Of a stretch of DNA of 64,000 nt, positions 20,498-31,459 are shown piece after piece. A program made the position numbers and the translations under genes. The notes under the pieces are model-generated. The model was not told where the DNA came from. It ran no database searches and was given only the letters and a program-made list of their open reading frames with translations. The DNA comes from Bdellovibrionales bacterium. Lineage in GTDB: Bacteria > Bdellovibrionota > Bdellovibrionia > Bdellovibrionales > JAUICD01. Numbering within the stretch: the stretch's first letter is position 1; each line of letters opens with the position of its first letter. Location of the stretch: the NCBI GenBank assembly GCA_965203275.1, contig OZ241865.1:192001-256000 (forward strand), in the 5' to 3' direction.

Positions 20498-20525
20498 ATT
20501 ATACTCTATTCATACTAAAAGTCAA
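20498..20525 (-). promoter_or_regulatory. Sigma70-type promoter of the tandem array
   Basis: TTGACT-16 bp-TATAAT upstream of the first copy. Confidence 0.6.
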
Positions 20526-20696
20526 ATATTAGGGATATAAAGATGGTAATGCGTTATAAAATATGTTTTTTCTTTGCATTTTTAAGAACAAAGCCTATTT
20601 TTCAATAACTCTGACCGCAGTATACCCGTTAAAATACCTGCTCATAAGCTTAGAGTCCAACCCCTATTGCTTCTTATAAGTTCAATGAATACCTTG

Positions 20697-21003
20697 TTTC
20701 CTTAACATTTCACTCAAAATGCATCATGCCGTCTTTTGCACTAAAAGTAAACTGACCTCTGGTCACTTTTGGGTTGCCAGCCGAAGGCTATTCGCCTTCT
20801 TAAATGCTGGCAACCTCAAAAGTTCGTTTACTTTTAGTAGGGAGGATCCCTTCGTTTCTTTACACGATGTTAAGGAAACAAGATGTCCTTTGACATGATG
20901 TTAAGGAAACAAGATGTCCTTTGACATGATGTTAAGGAAAAAGTTCCTTCTGATGCCGGACTGCCGGATCCCAGATCCCGGATAAATACGATGTTAAGGA
21001 AAT
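20697..21003 (+). repeat. Family A hairpin element with TGTTAAGGAAA linkers and GATCC motif
   Basis: TGACC-TCT-GGTCA, GGTTGCCAGC/GCTGGCAACC. Confidence 0.85.
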
Positions 21004-21023
21004 AAGGTGTTTAAAAGGATATT

Positions 21024-21683
21024 ATGGACAAATCAAATCAAAAAGGCTTTTCTCTTATAGAGTTAATGGTGGTAGTAGCTATCATTGGTCTTTTAAGTGT
21101 TGTAGCTATCCCTCAATATCAAAAGTATAAACTAAAGGCACGACAGGGAGAGGCCAAGCTTGCCTTATCCACTCTTTACACAATGGAACAGCTCTTTATC
21201 ACTACTTATGGCTATGGCACTGCTAACTTTGCACAGCTAGGCTATAAACCCAAAGGTGTTTATTATTACTCATCAGGATGGCCCGTAAGGCGTCAAACTA
21301 GTACTCCATATAACGTCAATGCTAGAACTAGGACTGCTATAAATGTACCAGTGACTTACACAGGCCCTCTGGCAACTTCAACTGGTAACTATGTAAACAC
21401 CAGACATGCCTGCAATGGCCCATCATCAGATCAAGCTGCCAAAAACCAAGACCGTGGTTGTTTTCTTCATTGGAAAGGAACAGCCCTCCCATCAAATCGT
21501 ACTCAAGTGTATGCAAATCAATTAGGTGAAAGTAATCCTAGAGAAAATGAAGTCGTCAATATAGGCTATAGAAATGTAAAATTTTTAATTGAAACAAGAA
21601 ACACAGAGTTGGACGTTTGGCTTATAACAGAGAAAAAGAAAATGGTTAATTTTTCATGGTGTAGTATAATTTCGTGCAACTAG
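21024..21683 (+). CDS. Type IV pilin (PilA-like)
   Basis: KGFSLIELMVVVAIIGLLSVVAIPQY prepilin motif; C-terminal cysteines. Confidence 0.93.
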   Translation: MDKSNQKGFSLIELMVVVAIIGLLSVVAIPQYQKYKLKARQGEAKLALSTLYTMEQLFITTYGYGTANFAQLGYKPKGVYYYSSGWPVRRQTSTPYNVNARTRTAINVPVTYTGPLATSTGNYVNTRHACNGPSSDQAAKNQDRGCFLHWKGTALPSNRTQVYANQLGESNPRENEVVNIGYRNVKFLIETRNTELDVWLITEKKKMVNFSWCSIISCN

Positions 21684-21838
21684 GATATAAACTTTTTAAT
21701 CGTAAACCTTTTAACCTAGAAAATCATTGATTTCCTCTAAATTAAAAAGCTTACATCCTAGTGGCACACAATCTCTCTCGACTCATAACCTACTGAAATC
21801 TCTCAAATTTATTTTTGCAGGGCTGTCAAACTCAGAAA

Positions 21839-22263
21839 CTAACTACAATCTGAAGGGTTTATTAGTGTTATTTCATGTTCGTACTCCATCGCTTCTTTCT
21901 TAAGACGCTCGAATTCTTCATGCATATTTGTACAAGGAGTAGAGCCAATCGATAAACATTTATTAAGTGTAAGAAAGAGCTCATTAAGAGCCATTAAGCG
22001 AAGATTTTTCTCTCTATATACTACTTTTTGATAATTAGGATCATCAGGATCATCAGGATGAGATCCGTTCCTATAGCCTTCAGGATTATTATCTTCTTCA
22101 AAAAATATATCTTTAAGTCGTGTATTTTGCATTGAAAAAAAATCTTCATAAAGCGGATCCCAATCTCTTGTTTCCTTACAGAAAAAGCCATCTGGAAAAT
22201 TAAGCTTCATAATGGTATTATGAAGATGATCTTGTTTTAAATCACAATGTCCTAGTTCATGAA
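21839..22263 (-). pseudogene. 3' part of IS-disrupted secreted HExxH metallopeptidase-like gene
   Basis: HELGHCDL continues in frame once the IS and one target duplication are removed; paralog of 39759..40745. Confidence 0.85.
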
Positions 22264-23663
22264 GAGCATGTCCTATAATTCGGTGAATTTTTCTTAGAGA
22301 AGATGTTAAGATAGAAGGCTCCTGGTTGGCATATTTCAGCCAACCAAATTTTATTAACAATTAACTTTTAAAAATAAAAAGAAAGGAGCCATTATGAAGT
22401 GTACCAAAAATAGTCATTCATTTCAAGTTTCAGCCAATACTTTGTCAGAAATTCGTCAGATTGTAGAGGATGAGATCAAGTCATCTATTCTTTGTTCGGT
22501 CTATGGTTTTTTTGAAGCAGAGCTATTAGAGCTTTGCGGTGAGCGTTATGGTCGTCATAGAGATACACCATATCATAGAGCTGGTAGTGATAAAGGTAGC
22601 ATACTTGCAGGTGGTCAAAAGTTGCAGGTTAGGAAGCCTCGTGTTAAGCAGTCAGGTCGTGAAGTGAGGCTTAAGATCTATTCAGCCCTTCAACACTATG
22701 ACATACTCAGTGATCGTGTTTTAAAACATGCCATGAGTGGAGTTTCATCACGGAATTACAATCATCTTTTAGATGATATTTCAGGAGGGCTTAAACTTTC
22801 TAGGAGTAGTGTGAGTAGAGTTTTTAATAAGTCATCTAAACAAGCCCTTGAGTCGATTAACAATCGTGATTTAAGTAAGTACAGGTTTCCAGCGATAATG
22901 ATAGATGGAGTGGGTATTGGTTCTACGCTGGTTATAGTGGCCTTAGGAATCACAGATCAAGGTAAGAAGGTTATATTAGGTCTTAAAGAAGGCAATACAG
23001 AGAGTTGGGAAGTTTGCCGTGATCTTCTGGAGGGACTTATAGGTCGTGGTCTTGATAAAGAGAAGGGTTATCTTTTTGTGATTGATGGTAGCAAAGCATT
23101 AAGGAAGGGAATAGATAGAGTATTTTCAGGTCGTTCAGTAGTTCAGCGTTGTATTCAGCATAAAGAGAGAAATATTCTGAGTTGCTTACCTCCAAGTCGT
23201 CACATAGAGTTTAAGAGTCGTTGGAAGAAGTTACATGGTATGCCAGATGAGTTGTCATCGAAGTTAGAGCATGAGTCTTTATTAAGCTGGTTAAAGCGGG
23301 TCAATCATTCAGCATTCACATCTTTAAAAGAGGCAGAGATGGAGACACTGACAACGATCAAGCTTGGAGTTTCATTACTTTTAAGGAGGTCATTATCATC
23401 GACAAATCCTATTGAGTCTGTTTTTTCAGTTGTGAGGGAAAAAGTTCGGAGGGTAAAGAATTGGAGTTCTTCTTCAGATCAAGTTTTAAGATGGTCTGCT
23501 GTGAGTCTATTGGAAGCAGAAAAACATTTCAAAAGCATTAAAGGATTTAAAGATTTAGAACAATTAGAACAAAGTTTAAAAAAAATTATTATTGACAAAA
23601 AGAAAAAACAATTAAAAACTAATTTATGAGCCGTCTATTTTCACCGATATCAGGGACAAGCTC
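22264..23663 (+). mobile_element. IS256-family insertion sequence, 1400 bp, with 8-bp target duplication TTCATGAA
   Basis: Imperfect terminal IRs GAGC(A/T)TGTCC......TCGGTGAA; TTCATGAA at 22256-22263 and 23664-23671. Confidence 0.92.
22394..23629 (+). CDS. IS256-family (mutator-type) DDE transposase
   Basis: GVSSR, IMIDG, FVIDGSKAL, QRCIQHKERN, STNPIES. Confidence 0.95.
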   Translation: MKCTKNSHSFQVSANTLSEIRQIVEDEIKSSILCSVYGFFEAELLELCGERYGRHRDTPYHRAGSDKGSILAGGQKLQVRKPRVKQSGREVRLKIYSALQHYDILSDRVLKHAMSGVSSRNYNHLLDDISGGLKLSRSSVSRVFNKSSKQALESINNRDLSKYRFPAIMIDGVGIGSTLVIVALGITDQGKKVILGLKEGNTESWEVCRDLLEGLIGRGLDKEKGYLFVIDGSKALRKGIDRVFSGRSVVQRCIQHKERNILSCLPPSRHIEFKSRWKKLHGMPDELSSKLEHESLLSWLKRVNHSAFTSLKEAEMETLTTIKLGVSLLLRRSLSSTNPIESVFSVVREKVRRVKNWSSSSDQVLRWSAVSLLEAEKHFKSIKGFKDLEQLEQSLKKIIIDKKKKQLKTNL

Positions 23664-24128
23664 TTCATGAATGACCACGAGTTGTCTTACTTCATCATTA
23701 TCTCGATAGTACTCCCACATAACGCGGTCTATTATAATAAGATTAAGATCTGTCTGACAAATAGCAGTACCTTCAATTGATCCAGTATAATCTTTTTCAT
23801 TCAAAAAAAGTGGCGATGAACTTAATAAAATTTTGGTAGTTACAGGTGTGTGAATGCCTGTGTATTGAGCTTTTAGATCTTCATATTTTTTAATATAAGG
23901 CTCAAATTCAGGATTGGTTGGCATCTGTGCAATAGCGTTGAATATATCTGAATATGGTTGCAGTATATTTTGAATATCAGTCGATAAACCAGGGTGTTCT
24001 TCTAAGTTTTCAATATTGCTAGCCATTTTTTGAGCTATTACTTGTAGGTTTAATTCTGATTGTGAAGCAAAAAGAACTTGAGTATTTAATAAACAAATTG
24101 TCATTAATAAAGAAAAGCCTGTTCTCAT
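23664..24128 (-). pseudogene. 5' part of IS-disrupted secreted HExxH metallopeptidase-like gene
   Basis: Signal peptide, PY.KKY..LK..YTG, C......IIDR..W matching 39759..40745; breaks at VIHE. Confidence 0.85.
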
Positions 24129-24420
24129 AATTTATCTCCTTATAGGTTGTGTCTAAAATATTACAAAAATCTATTATAAATTCTATTGCATGCAAAATAT
24201 AGACCATAATAAAAGCTAATATGAAGGGCTTAAAATACCTATAAACAATTCAGTAAAGAGGTCAGAGTAGCTCGCTTGATGACAAAATAGGTCACCTCAA
24301 TGACCAAAATAGATCGTTTGATGACAAATTATGGCTATCTATTATGATGAAATAGTTGAGGTGTTTAAAAAAAATGTCATTTTTAGGATTTGCTTTTTGT
24401 TTCACTCAAAATGCATTGCT

Positions 24421-24529
24421 TCACTAAAAGTAAACGGACTTTTGAGACAATCAGCCTTTGATCGACGGCGATAAGCCGTCGGGCTGATTGTCCAAAAGTA
24501 GCCAGAGGCTAGTTTACTTTTAGTGAAAC
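24421..24529 (-). repeat. Family A hairpin element directly downstream of tRNA-Val
   Basis: GACAATCAGCC/GGCTGATTGTC, TAGCCAGAGGCTA. Confidence 0.85.
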
Positions 24530-24534
24530 AAACA

Positions 24535-24610
24535 TGGTGTGCTTAAGAGGACTCGAACCTCTGACCCTCACCACGTCAAGGTGATGCTCTACCAGCTGAG
24601 CTATAAGCAC
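24535..24610 (-). tRNA. tRNA-Val (GAC)
   Basis: GTGCTTATAGCTCAGCTGGTAGAGC...CCTTGACGTGG...GGTTCGAGTCC...AAGCACACCA. Confidence 0.95.
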
Positions 24611-24703
24611 AGATCGATTGAAACAATTTACCATAATCTGTCAAATTGTCCATACAAATCCTCATGGATTGTATTTTTTGCAAATTTGTAGTATATTAAA
24701 ATA

Positions 24704-26101
24704 ATGAAGTGGAAAATAATTATTTTTTATTTTGTAGGTTTATTTTTTGAGCAAGCATCTTATGCACAATCTTCAAAATCTGTGTCTACTACATCTCAGG
24801 GCATCTCTATCACTATCGATCAGGCACAGGTACAAAAAAGCTTTATTGCTATGCCTGCCTTTCAAGGACTTCCTTCACCTGTAGGCAGAACTCTTTACAA
24901 CACCATTCATCATAATTTAGATACAAGTATCTTTTTTCAAATGATCAAATCTTCAGCATTTTTAGAAGATACAAAAAATATGGCTTTAACACCTTATCCT
25001 CAAAATCCTAATGGGTTTCGATTTAACAACTGGCAACAAATTTCAGCTGAATTTTTAATCCTTGGCACAGCAAGTTTAAGTAATAACAGGCTTTATTTTG
25101 AAACCTACGTTTACCATGTTTCAAACAGAAGGTTAATCTTCAGAAGAACATATCAAACAACTGGAGCAAAAGCCCGCTGGCTAGCTCATACTTTTTCTAA
25201 TGATTTATTCAAAGTGATCACGGGGAATGAAGGCATGTTTTTGTCACAGGTTGTAGTTTCTAGTGATCGAGGTGGAGGACGATGGAGAGAAATTTATACT
25301 ATGGACTGGGATGGTCATAATATCAAAAGAAGAACTCGACACCGGTCTATATCCACATCTCCATCATGGTCTTCAGATGGCAAATCAATTGCTTATAGTA
25401 CTTACAATATACACAGACGTAAGGGGCGTAAGTTTACCAACTTAGATCTTGTACATTTAGATATTTCTTCTGGTCAAAGGCGTATTTTGTCTGCTAGAGA
25501 GGGAATGAACTCTGGCTCTGTTTTTCATCCCAGAGGTCGATTTCTTTATTTAACTTTCACAACAAAAGGAAATTCTGATATTTTCCGTATAGCTTTAGCT
25601 GGTACAGAAGGTCTAAAGCAAATCACAAAAGGACCTTATAGAGCCATGAATGTAGAACCTGCTATGAGTCCTGATGGAAGAAAGATTGTATTTTCTTCTG
25701 ATAGATCTGGCCGACCTATGATTTATATTATGAATGCCGATGGAAGTGGAGTGAGAAGACTCACATTTGCAGGTTATTATAATTCTTCGCCCACTTGGTC
25801 TCCTGATGGTAAGTGGATTGCTTTTTCTGGTGGAGATCGAGGACATTATGATATTTTCATTATTAAACCAGATGGCACAGGACTGAAAAGACTCACCTCT
25901 GCTAAAAAACCTAACGGCAGAGGTGCTAATAATGAAGAACCTACTTTTTCTCCTGATAGCAAACATATTTTATTCACGAGTGATCGCACCCGTAAAAAAC
26001 AACTCTATATTATTGGCATTGATGGTAGTAAAGAGCAAAGAATCACTTTTGATCGTCATAACTACTATAAACCTAAATGGGGGGATCATAAATCTCAATG
26101 A
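24704..26101 (+). CDS. tolB: Tol-Pal beta-propeller protein TolB
   Basis: TolB N-domain (IAMP, AHTFSNDLF) + PD40 repeats (P.WSPDG). Confidence 0.9.
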   Translation: MKWKIIIFYFVGLFFEQASYAQSSKSVSTTSQGISITIDQAQVQKSFIAMPAFQGLPSPVGRTLYNTIHHNLDTSIFFQMIKSSAFLEDTKNMALTPYPQNPNGFRFNNWQQISAEFLILGTASLSNNRLYFETYVYHVSNRRLIFRRTYQTTGAKARWLAHTFSNDLFKVITGNEGMFLSQVVVSSDRGGGRWREIYTMDWDGHNIKRRTRHRSISTSPSWSSDGKSIAYSTYNIHRRKGRKFTNLDLVHLDISSGQRRILSAREGMNSGSVFHPRGRFLYLTFTTKGNSDIFRIALAGTEGLKQITKGPYRAMNVEPAMSPDGRKIVFSSDRSGRPMIYIMNADGSGVRRLTFAGYYNSSPTWSPDGKWIAFSGGDRGHYDIFIIKPDGTGLKRLTSAKKPNGRGANNEEPTFSPDSKHILFTSDRTRKKQLYIIGIDGSKEQRITFDRHNYYKPKWGDHKSQ

Positions 26102-26142
26102 AATAAAAACTTTTCTAAGAGAAGGCTAGTCCATTATTCATT

Positions 26143-28500
26143 TTATTTTTCATCTAAAGCGTTACCCGAAACAATTTCATCAAAAGCTTCTTCTGCATCT
26201 AAAAAAGTAAGTTCTAAAAAAGGCACAATTGTTTTTTGAGGAATGCCTAAAGCTTCTTGCACAGCTTGTGTTACATGTCTTGTCTGTGTGCCATCCACTT
26301 GAGGAAAATCTTCTAAGGGATATTGAGATGCAAATTGTAACATATATTCTGTCCAAAAAGGTAAAGCTCCAGAAGCCCCTGTTAATCCATGAGATGTATT
26401 ATCATCATAACCTACCCAGACCACAGTAGCATGAAAAGGACTAAACCCTGCAAACCAAGCATCTTTTGTATCATTAGTTGTCCCTGTCTTACCTGCTGTT
26501 GGAAAATAAAGCCCCCGCAAAAAAGCTCCTCGACCTGTTCCATTACGAATAACTTGCTTCATCATACTCAGTAGTTGGGCTACTGCTTTTGCATCTATCA
26601 CTTGTTTTTTTTCAGGGATGTATTCATAAATTAATTCACCTTGTGCATCTTCTATCTTCTTAATCAAAGTCAACTTGGAATACTGACCTAAGTTTGCTAG
26701 TGTATGATAAGCTTGCAATACATCAAAGGCAGAAAGCTCCCATGTACCTAAAGTCAGAGAGGGTAAGGGTTGCAGATCAGATGCAATACCCAGACGTTGA
26801 GCTATTTGAGTGATATTATTTAATCCGATCTGTACTCCTAAGTGAGCTGTGGCTGCATTCAAAGACCTATAAAGAGCATAGTACATAGGGATAGATTGGA
26901 AATATCTATTTTGATAATTTCTAGGAGACCAGCTACCTCCAGGATATTTAATCGTCACCTTTTTATCTTCTAAAAGACTTAAAGGTGTCCATGGCACAGA
27001 ACTTTCTTGGTTTAAAGCTGTTAAGTAAACTATAGGCTTGACAATAGAACCAATAGGTCTTTTGCTTTGATAGGCTCTATTGAATTGAGATATTCCAAAA
27101 TCTCGTCCTCCTACAATAGCTTGAACAAAGCCTGTTTGTACTTGTGTAGCTACAAGGGCTACTTCCAGTCTTTTATTTTTTGATTTTTGAAGAGCTTTTT
27201 TCTCAATAGAAGGTAAAACTTTTTGTATGCTTTCTTGTGCAAACCTTTGGGCTTTCAAGTTAAGTGTTGTGTAAATATGAGAACCTTCTTCTAAGTTAAA
27301 ACCTAATTTTTTTATTTGATCTCTGGTAGCTTCTACAAAAAAAGAAACAGACCTGTTAGGGGTTATATGTAGTTTCTGTGGGAGAGGTTTATTTCTAGCT
27401 TCTTGAAAATCATCTTCAGAAATAAACTCGAGTTCTAAAAGTTTATCTAAAACAATTTGTCTTCTATTGAGGGCTTTTTGAGGTTGAGTGACAGGATTGT
27501 ACTGGCCAGGACTACGAATCATTCCTGCCAGTAGGCTACATTCGTGTAAATGTAAATTTTGAATATCTTTACCAAAATAATAACGACTAGCCATCTGGAA
27601 ACCCCGTATTTCAAAAGAACCTAGCTGTCCCATATAAACAACATTTAAATACATTTCTAATATTTCATCTTTTTTAGCCCTGTATTCTAACAAAAAAGCC
27701 ATAGCTATTTCTGTAAGTTTTCTTTTAAAAGTTCTTTGAGAAGTTAGAAAATAATTTTTAACCAGTTGTTGAGTGATTGTGGAACCTCCTTGTAAAATAC
27801 GACCTGCTAAAATATTTTTGATAGTAGCTCTAGCGATCCCTGTTAGACTTATACCTTGATGATCTAAAAACTGAGCATCTTCAATTGCCAGTACAGCATT
27901 TAAGCAGTATAGAGGAATATAACTTAAAGCAGTTATTTGTCTTAAAATAGACTGGTTGCCATAGTATTGTGCAAAAACTTGAGGTTCTAACTGAATGCTT
28001 CCTTCATGGATCAGACCTTTTGATCCATAAATTTGCAAAATATGATGGGCTGTTTTTTCAATAGAAATATTAAGATCAGATATTTCTTGCAAAGTATTTA
28101 TAGCAAGAGAGCCAAAAGCTATAATATAGGGGGTATCCAGTTGAGATTTTTTTCTAAAGACGACACAAGATTGCAGTCCCTTCAGACGCATGTCAGGAAG
28201 CTTTGAAAGACATTCTTTAGCAGTGAGGATTGTATAATCACCAGGCAGGACAGGTTGATGAGAGAGGCGTTTTCTATAATCTCGTTGTTGAAACTCAGAT
28301 AAAATTTCATCAAAAGAGATTTTTTGACCTGCAAAAAATTCTGTAGGGCTAGCAAAAAATTTTACAGGAGAAACAAATTTTTGACTTTGAAGTTTGTGTT
28401 GAATATCCTGATGAAGGTGATAAAGCCAAAAAGAAAGCCCCACACATAGGATGACAGTACACAGTGTGATGAGAAAAAAAATAACTTTCAAAATTTTCAT
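26143..28500 (-). CDS. mrcB: Class A penicillin-binding protein 1B
   Basis: AIED..F..H.G, QGGSTITQQLVKN, GSIVKP, SLN, KTGTT; UB2H-like insert. Confidence 0.9.
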   Translation of the reverse strand: MKILKVIFFLITLCTVILCVGLSFWLYHLHQDIQHKLQSQKFVSPVKFFASPTEFFAGQKISFDEILSEFQQRDYRKRLSHQPVLPGDYTILTAKECLSKLPDMRLKGLQSCVVFRKKSQLDTPYIIAFGSLAINTLQEISDLNISIEKTAHHILQIYGSKGLIHEGSIQLEPQVFAQYYGNQSILRQITALSYIPLYCLNAVLAIEDAQFLDHQGISLTGIARATIKNILAGRILQGGSTITQQLVKNYFLTSQRTFKRKLTEIAMAFLLEYRAKKDEILEMYLNVVYMGQLGSFEIRGFQMASRYYFGKDIQNLHLHECSLLAGMIRSPGQYNPVTQPQKALNRRQIVLDKLLELEFISEDDFQEARNKPLPQKLHITPNRSVSFFVEATRDQIKKLGFNLEEGSHIYTTLNLKAQRFAQESIQKVLPSIEKKALQKSKNKRLEVALVATQVQTGFVQAIVGGRDFGISQFNRAYQSKRPIGSIVKPIVYLTALNQESSVPWTPLSLLEDKKVTIKYPGGSWSPRNYQNRYFQSIPMYYALYRSLNAATAHLGVQIGLNNITQIAQRLGIASDLQPLPSLTLGTWELSAFDVLQAYHTLANLGQYSKLTLIKKIEDAQGELIYEYIPEKKQVIDAKAVAQLLSMMKQVIRNGTGRGAFLRGLYFPTAGKTGTTNDTKDAWFAGFSPFHATVVWVGYDDNTSHGLTGASGALPFWTEYMLQFASQYPLEDFPQVDGTQTRHVTQAVQEALGIPQKTIVPFLELTFLDAEEAFDEIVSGNALDEK

Positions 28501-28933
28501 ACTTTTTAATCTTTGTCATACTTATTGCTTATTGTCGAAGTCATCAAGACATAAATGCGTTGCTTTCTTTTGCCTTACATAGTTTCTTTATTTTATTCCA
28601 AATTTTTGATTATCTGTAAGGTCCATTAAAGAAATACCTTTTCGTCTTTTTAGTTAGTAATTATCGAAGCTAACACTTTCAAAATATCTTGATGAAATCT
28701 TATCTTGCTTTGTTAGATCTTTTATTTCTTAAAAATAAAAGAGCAATATGCTTCGCGTTATTTTGTTTTTGTCTTTAAAATCAATCTTTTGTTTATTTAT
28801 TATATAACATATTTCAAGTCATAATAGAATAAATTATAAAAAAGAGTTTTTAGTTTGACTTTTGCTTTAAACATTGAGTAAAAGGTAATCTATCAAATCA
28901 ATTTCGTTCATTATTATTATTAAGGAGGTTATT

Positions 28934-29467
28934 ATGAAATACCTTAAGATATTTTCTATGATGAATTTCTTTTTGTACAGTCATATAAGCTTTGCTCAAC
29001 CTTGCGTAGAGGTTTATGATTTGCATGTTGTGACAAATACATTTACTAACAGCTCCACTATACAGTGGATATGGTCACTAGAAGGCCGTTGGAAGCATCA
29101 GACAGGAGTTGAACATCAAGTGGTAGAGGGTGAACTTCCTACTCTTTTTAATGGCAGTCAAATTGCACCAGATTTACAAGGTCCAGAACATTCTATGATG
29201 GACTCTTTGACTTATTTAGTAAACACAAATGTAAACAATTTATTAAAAGAACTTGTACTTGCATTTAGAAAAGAGCTACCCACATTTAACTCATGCATGA
29301 ACAATGATGATATAAAGCCTAAAATGAAGATTCGGTTTAAATCAGAGCCCATGTGGATAAACCTTAATCAGAGAACTGAATATAATCTTCAGATTCTTAT
29401 AGAAGACATTCTTCAAGAAAAATTTGCTAAATTTGGCCATGAAGTCATTTTGTTTCACTCAAAATAA
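28934..29467 (+). CDS. Hypothetical secreted protein
   Basis: AAGGAGG RBS, signal-like N-terminus. Confidence 0.7.
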   Translation: MKYLKIFSMMNFFLYSHISFAQPCVEVYDLHVVTNTFTNSSTIQWIWSLEGRWKHQTGVEHQVVEGELPTLFNGSQIAPDLQGPEHSMMDSLTYLVNTNVNNLLKELVLAFRKELPTFNSCMNNDDIKPKMKIRFKSEPMWINLNQRTEYNLQILIEDILQEKFAKFGHEVILFHSK

Positions 29468-29483
29468 ATCATGCCGTCTTTTG

Positions 29484-29587
29484 CACTAAAAGTAAACTGA
29501 CCTCTGGTCACTTTTGGGTTGTCAGCCGAAGGCTATTCGCCTTCTTAAATGCTGGCAACCTCAAAAATCCGTTTATTTTTAGTGAAA
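29484..29587 (+). repeat. Family A hairpin element between convergent genes
   Basis: Near-identical to the 20739 copy. Confidence 0.85.
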
Positions 29588-29627
29588 GTGAAACAAAGTC
29601 TTTGATAGATTTTGTTTTAAGTGAAAG

Positions 29628-30518
29628 TTAAATTTTGCGGATCAGGCCAATACCGACAGTATTCAGAATCAATGTGATCACAAACAATAATCCTCCAACA
29701 GCAAAGCAAGTAAGATATTCTATGCCATTAGCTGGTGTATCACCTAATGAAACTTGTATGATATAGGCTGTCATGGTTTGAATACTCTCTAAAGGGTGAA
29801 TTAAAAACTTAGGAGTAGAGCCTGCTGCTAAAGCTACAGCCATTGTCTCTCCTGTTGCCCTTGATATAGCTAAGAGAACAGAAGCTCCAATACGTCTTGC
29901 AGAGGCTGGTAAGATAATTTGTGTGATCACCTCAAATTGTGTAGCTCCTAAAGCATAGCCTCCTTCTCTTAAAGATGTAGGTATTGCAGAAAAAGCATCT
30001 TCTGAAAGAGAAGATATCATAGGTAATACCATAATCCCCACAACAATTAATCCACTTAAAGCATTGAAAACTTGTGTTTCAGGAAGAATGATTTTCAGTT
30101 GCGGGGTGATGAAGGTTAAAGCAAAGTAGCCATATACTACAGTGGGAATACCAGCTAGAATTTCAATAAAAGGCTTGAGAATAGTTTGAACAGGGGAAGA
30201 AGCATACTCTGATAAATAAATAGCCAGCATTAAACCTAAAGGCAATGCGAGGCAAATAGCTCCTAATACAATAAAACCTGTCCCTGCTACAAGAGGTAAC
30301 ACACCAAAAGATTTTGGAATAAATTGGGGTGTCCATTCTGTTCCAAAAAGAAAATCCCATAAAGAGACTTGTTGAAAAAAAGCCCAGCTTGATTGACCTA
30401 TAATAAAAACTATTGTCAAAGTTGTAAGGATAGAGAGAACAAGGCAGCTGACTAATGACCACTTAAATATTTTATTAATTATTTTATTGATTGTATTGCT
30501 ATAAATCACAGCTCTCAC
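29628..30518 (-). CDS. pstC: Phosphate ABC transporter permease PstC
   Basis: [38 protein letters not shown]. Confidence 0.95.
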   Translation of the reverse strand: MRAVIYSNTINKIINKIFKWSLVSCLVLSILTTLTIVFIIGQSSWAFFQQVSLWDFLFGTEWTPQFIPKSFGVLPLVAGTGFIVLGAICLALPLGLMLAIYLSEYASSPVQTILKPFIEILAGIPTVVYGYFALTFITPQLKIILPETQVFNALSGLIVVGIMVLPMISSLSEDAFSAIPTSLREGGYALGATQFEVITQIILPASARRIGASVLLAISRATGETMAVALAAGSTPKFLIHPLESIQTMTAYIIQVSLGDTPANGIEYLTCFAVGGLLFVITLILNTVGIGLIRKI

Positions 30519-30520
30519 TC

Positions 30521-31459
30521 TTAATTGTCTAAGGTATACAATGAAGATGCATAACCTTCTTTTGGAAGTGGTATATAACCAATTTCACTTAATAGAGAAG
30601 CTACTTTTTTTAAGTAAAATTTTAAAAAGTTTTTTACATTAGGTTTAACTAATGAGGCTTTATTAACATATATAAAAAGAGGTCGTGATAGAGGAGAATA
30701 ATTGCCATTTTTAATTGTAGATATAGTAGGGTAACGGGCTGGACCATTATGTTTAACAGGTATCAATTTGATTTTGCTTTTGTTCTCTATATAATAAGCA
30801 TAGCCAAAATATCCCAACGCTCCTCGATCGCCTGCGACTCCTTGTACTAAAACATTGTCATCTTCACTTCTATTAAAGTCAGGTCGACTCGCTTGGGTTT
30901 TCCCATTGATGGCTTCTGTGAAATAGTCAAAAGTTCCTGAATCTGTACCTGGTCCATAAAGACGAATAGGTACAGATGGCCAGCTAGCTCTTATGTCTTT
31001 CCATGTTTTCACAGTACTACCTGGTTGCCATACTTTTTTAAGTTCTTGTGCAGTCAGAAAATCTACCCAGTTATTTGCTTTATTTGTCACAATAGAAATA
31101 CCATCGTATGCAATAGGAATTTCTAAGTATTGTATTTTTTTTTGTTGAGCTTCTTTAGCTTCGATTTCTTTAATTTTGCGAGAAGCATTGGTGATGTCTA
31201 TATCCCCTCTAATAAATTTTTTAAACCCGCCACCTGTACCAGAAACACCTATCACTACACGTATGCGAGGATTCTCTCTTAAGAACTCTTCTGCCACAGC
31301 TTCTGTAATTAAGAAAACAGTACTTGAGCCATCTATTTTTACAGATGAGGCTTTTGTTTTTTGAGTTTTTTTGGGATCCCCGTAGAGTGGTTGCTTGATC
31401 AATTGTATTAAAGTGATAGTTAATAAAGCTGTGATATACAAATAAAATACTCGAGACAT
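30521..31459 (-). CDS. pstS: Phosphate-binding protein PstS family
   Basis: [37 protein letters not shown]. Confidence 0.95.
   Translation of the reverse strand: MSRVFYLYITALLTITLIQLIKQPLYGDPKKTQKTKASSVKIDGSSTVFLITEAVAEEFLRENPRIRVVIGVSGTGGGFKKFIRGDIDITNASRKIKEIEAKEAQQKKIQYLEIPIAYDGISIVTNKANNWVDFLTAQELKKVWQPGSTVKTWKDIRASWPSVPIRLYGPGTDSGTFDYFTEAINGKTQASRPDFNRSEDDNVLVQGVAGDRGALGYFGYAYYIENKSKIKLIPVKHNGPARYPTISTIKNGNYSPLSRPLFIYVNKASLVKPNVKNFLKFYLKKVASLLSEIGYIPLPKEGYASSLYTLDN

Larger units (their letters stand above)
17338..20510 (-). repeat. Tandem array of nine near-identical gene units (about 280-400 bp each)
   Basis: Each unit: AGAGTATAATAATATA-RBS-TA(C/T)TAAGAT-ATG + MDITLQII ORF. Confidence 0.97.

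Noticed and set aside
17338..20510. Tandem array read as a CRISPR-like or DGR cassette array
   Set aside because: Units are whole genes with RBS, there are no unique spacers, no adenine-specific variation is evident and no reverse transcriptase is in the window
21839..22360. 173-aa and 169-aa (23619..24128) ORFs as independent genes
   Set aside because: They are two halves of one IS-split gene with IS-derived ends
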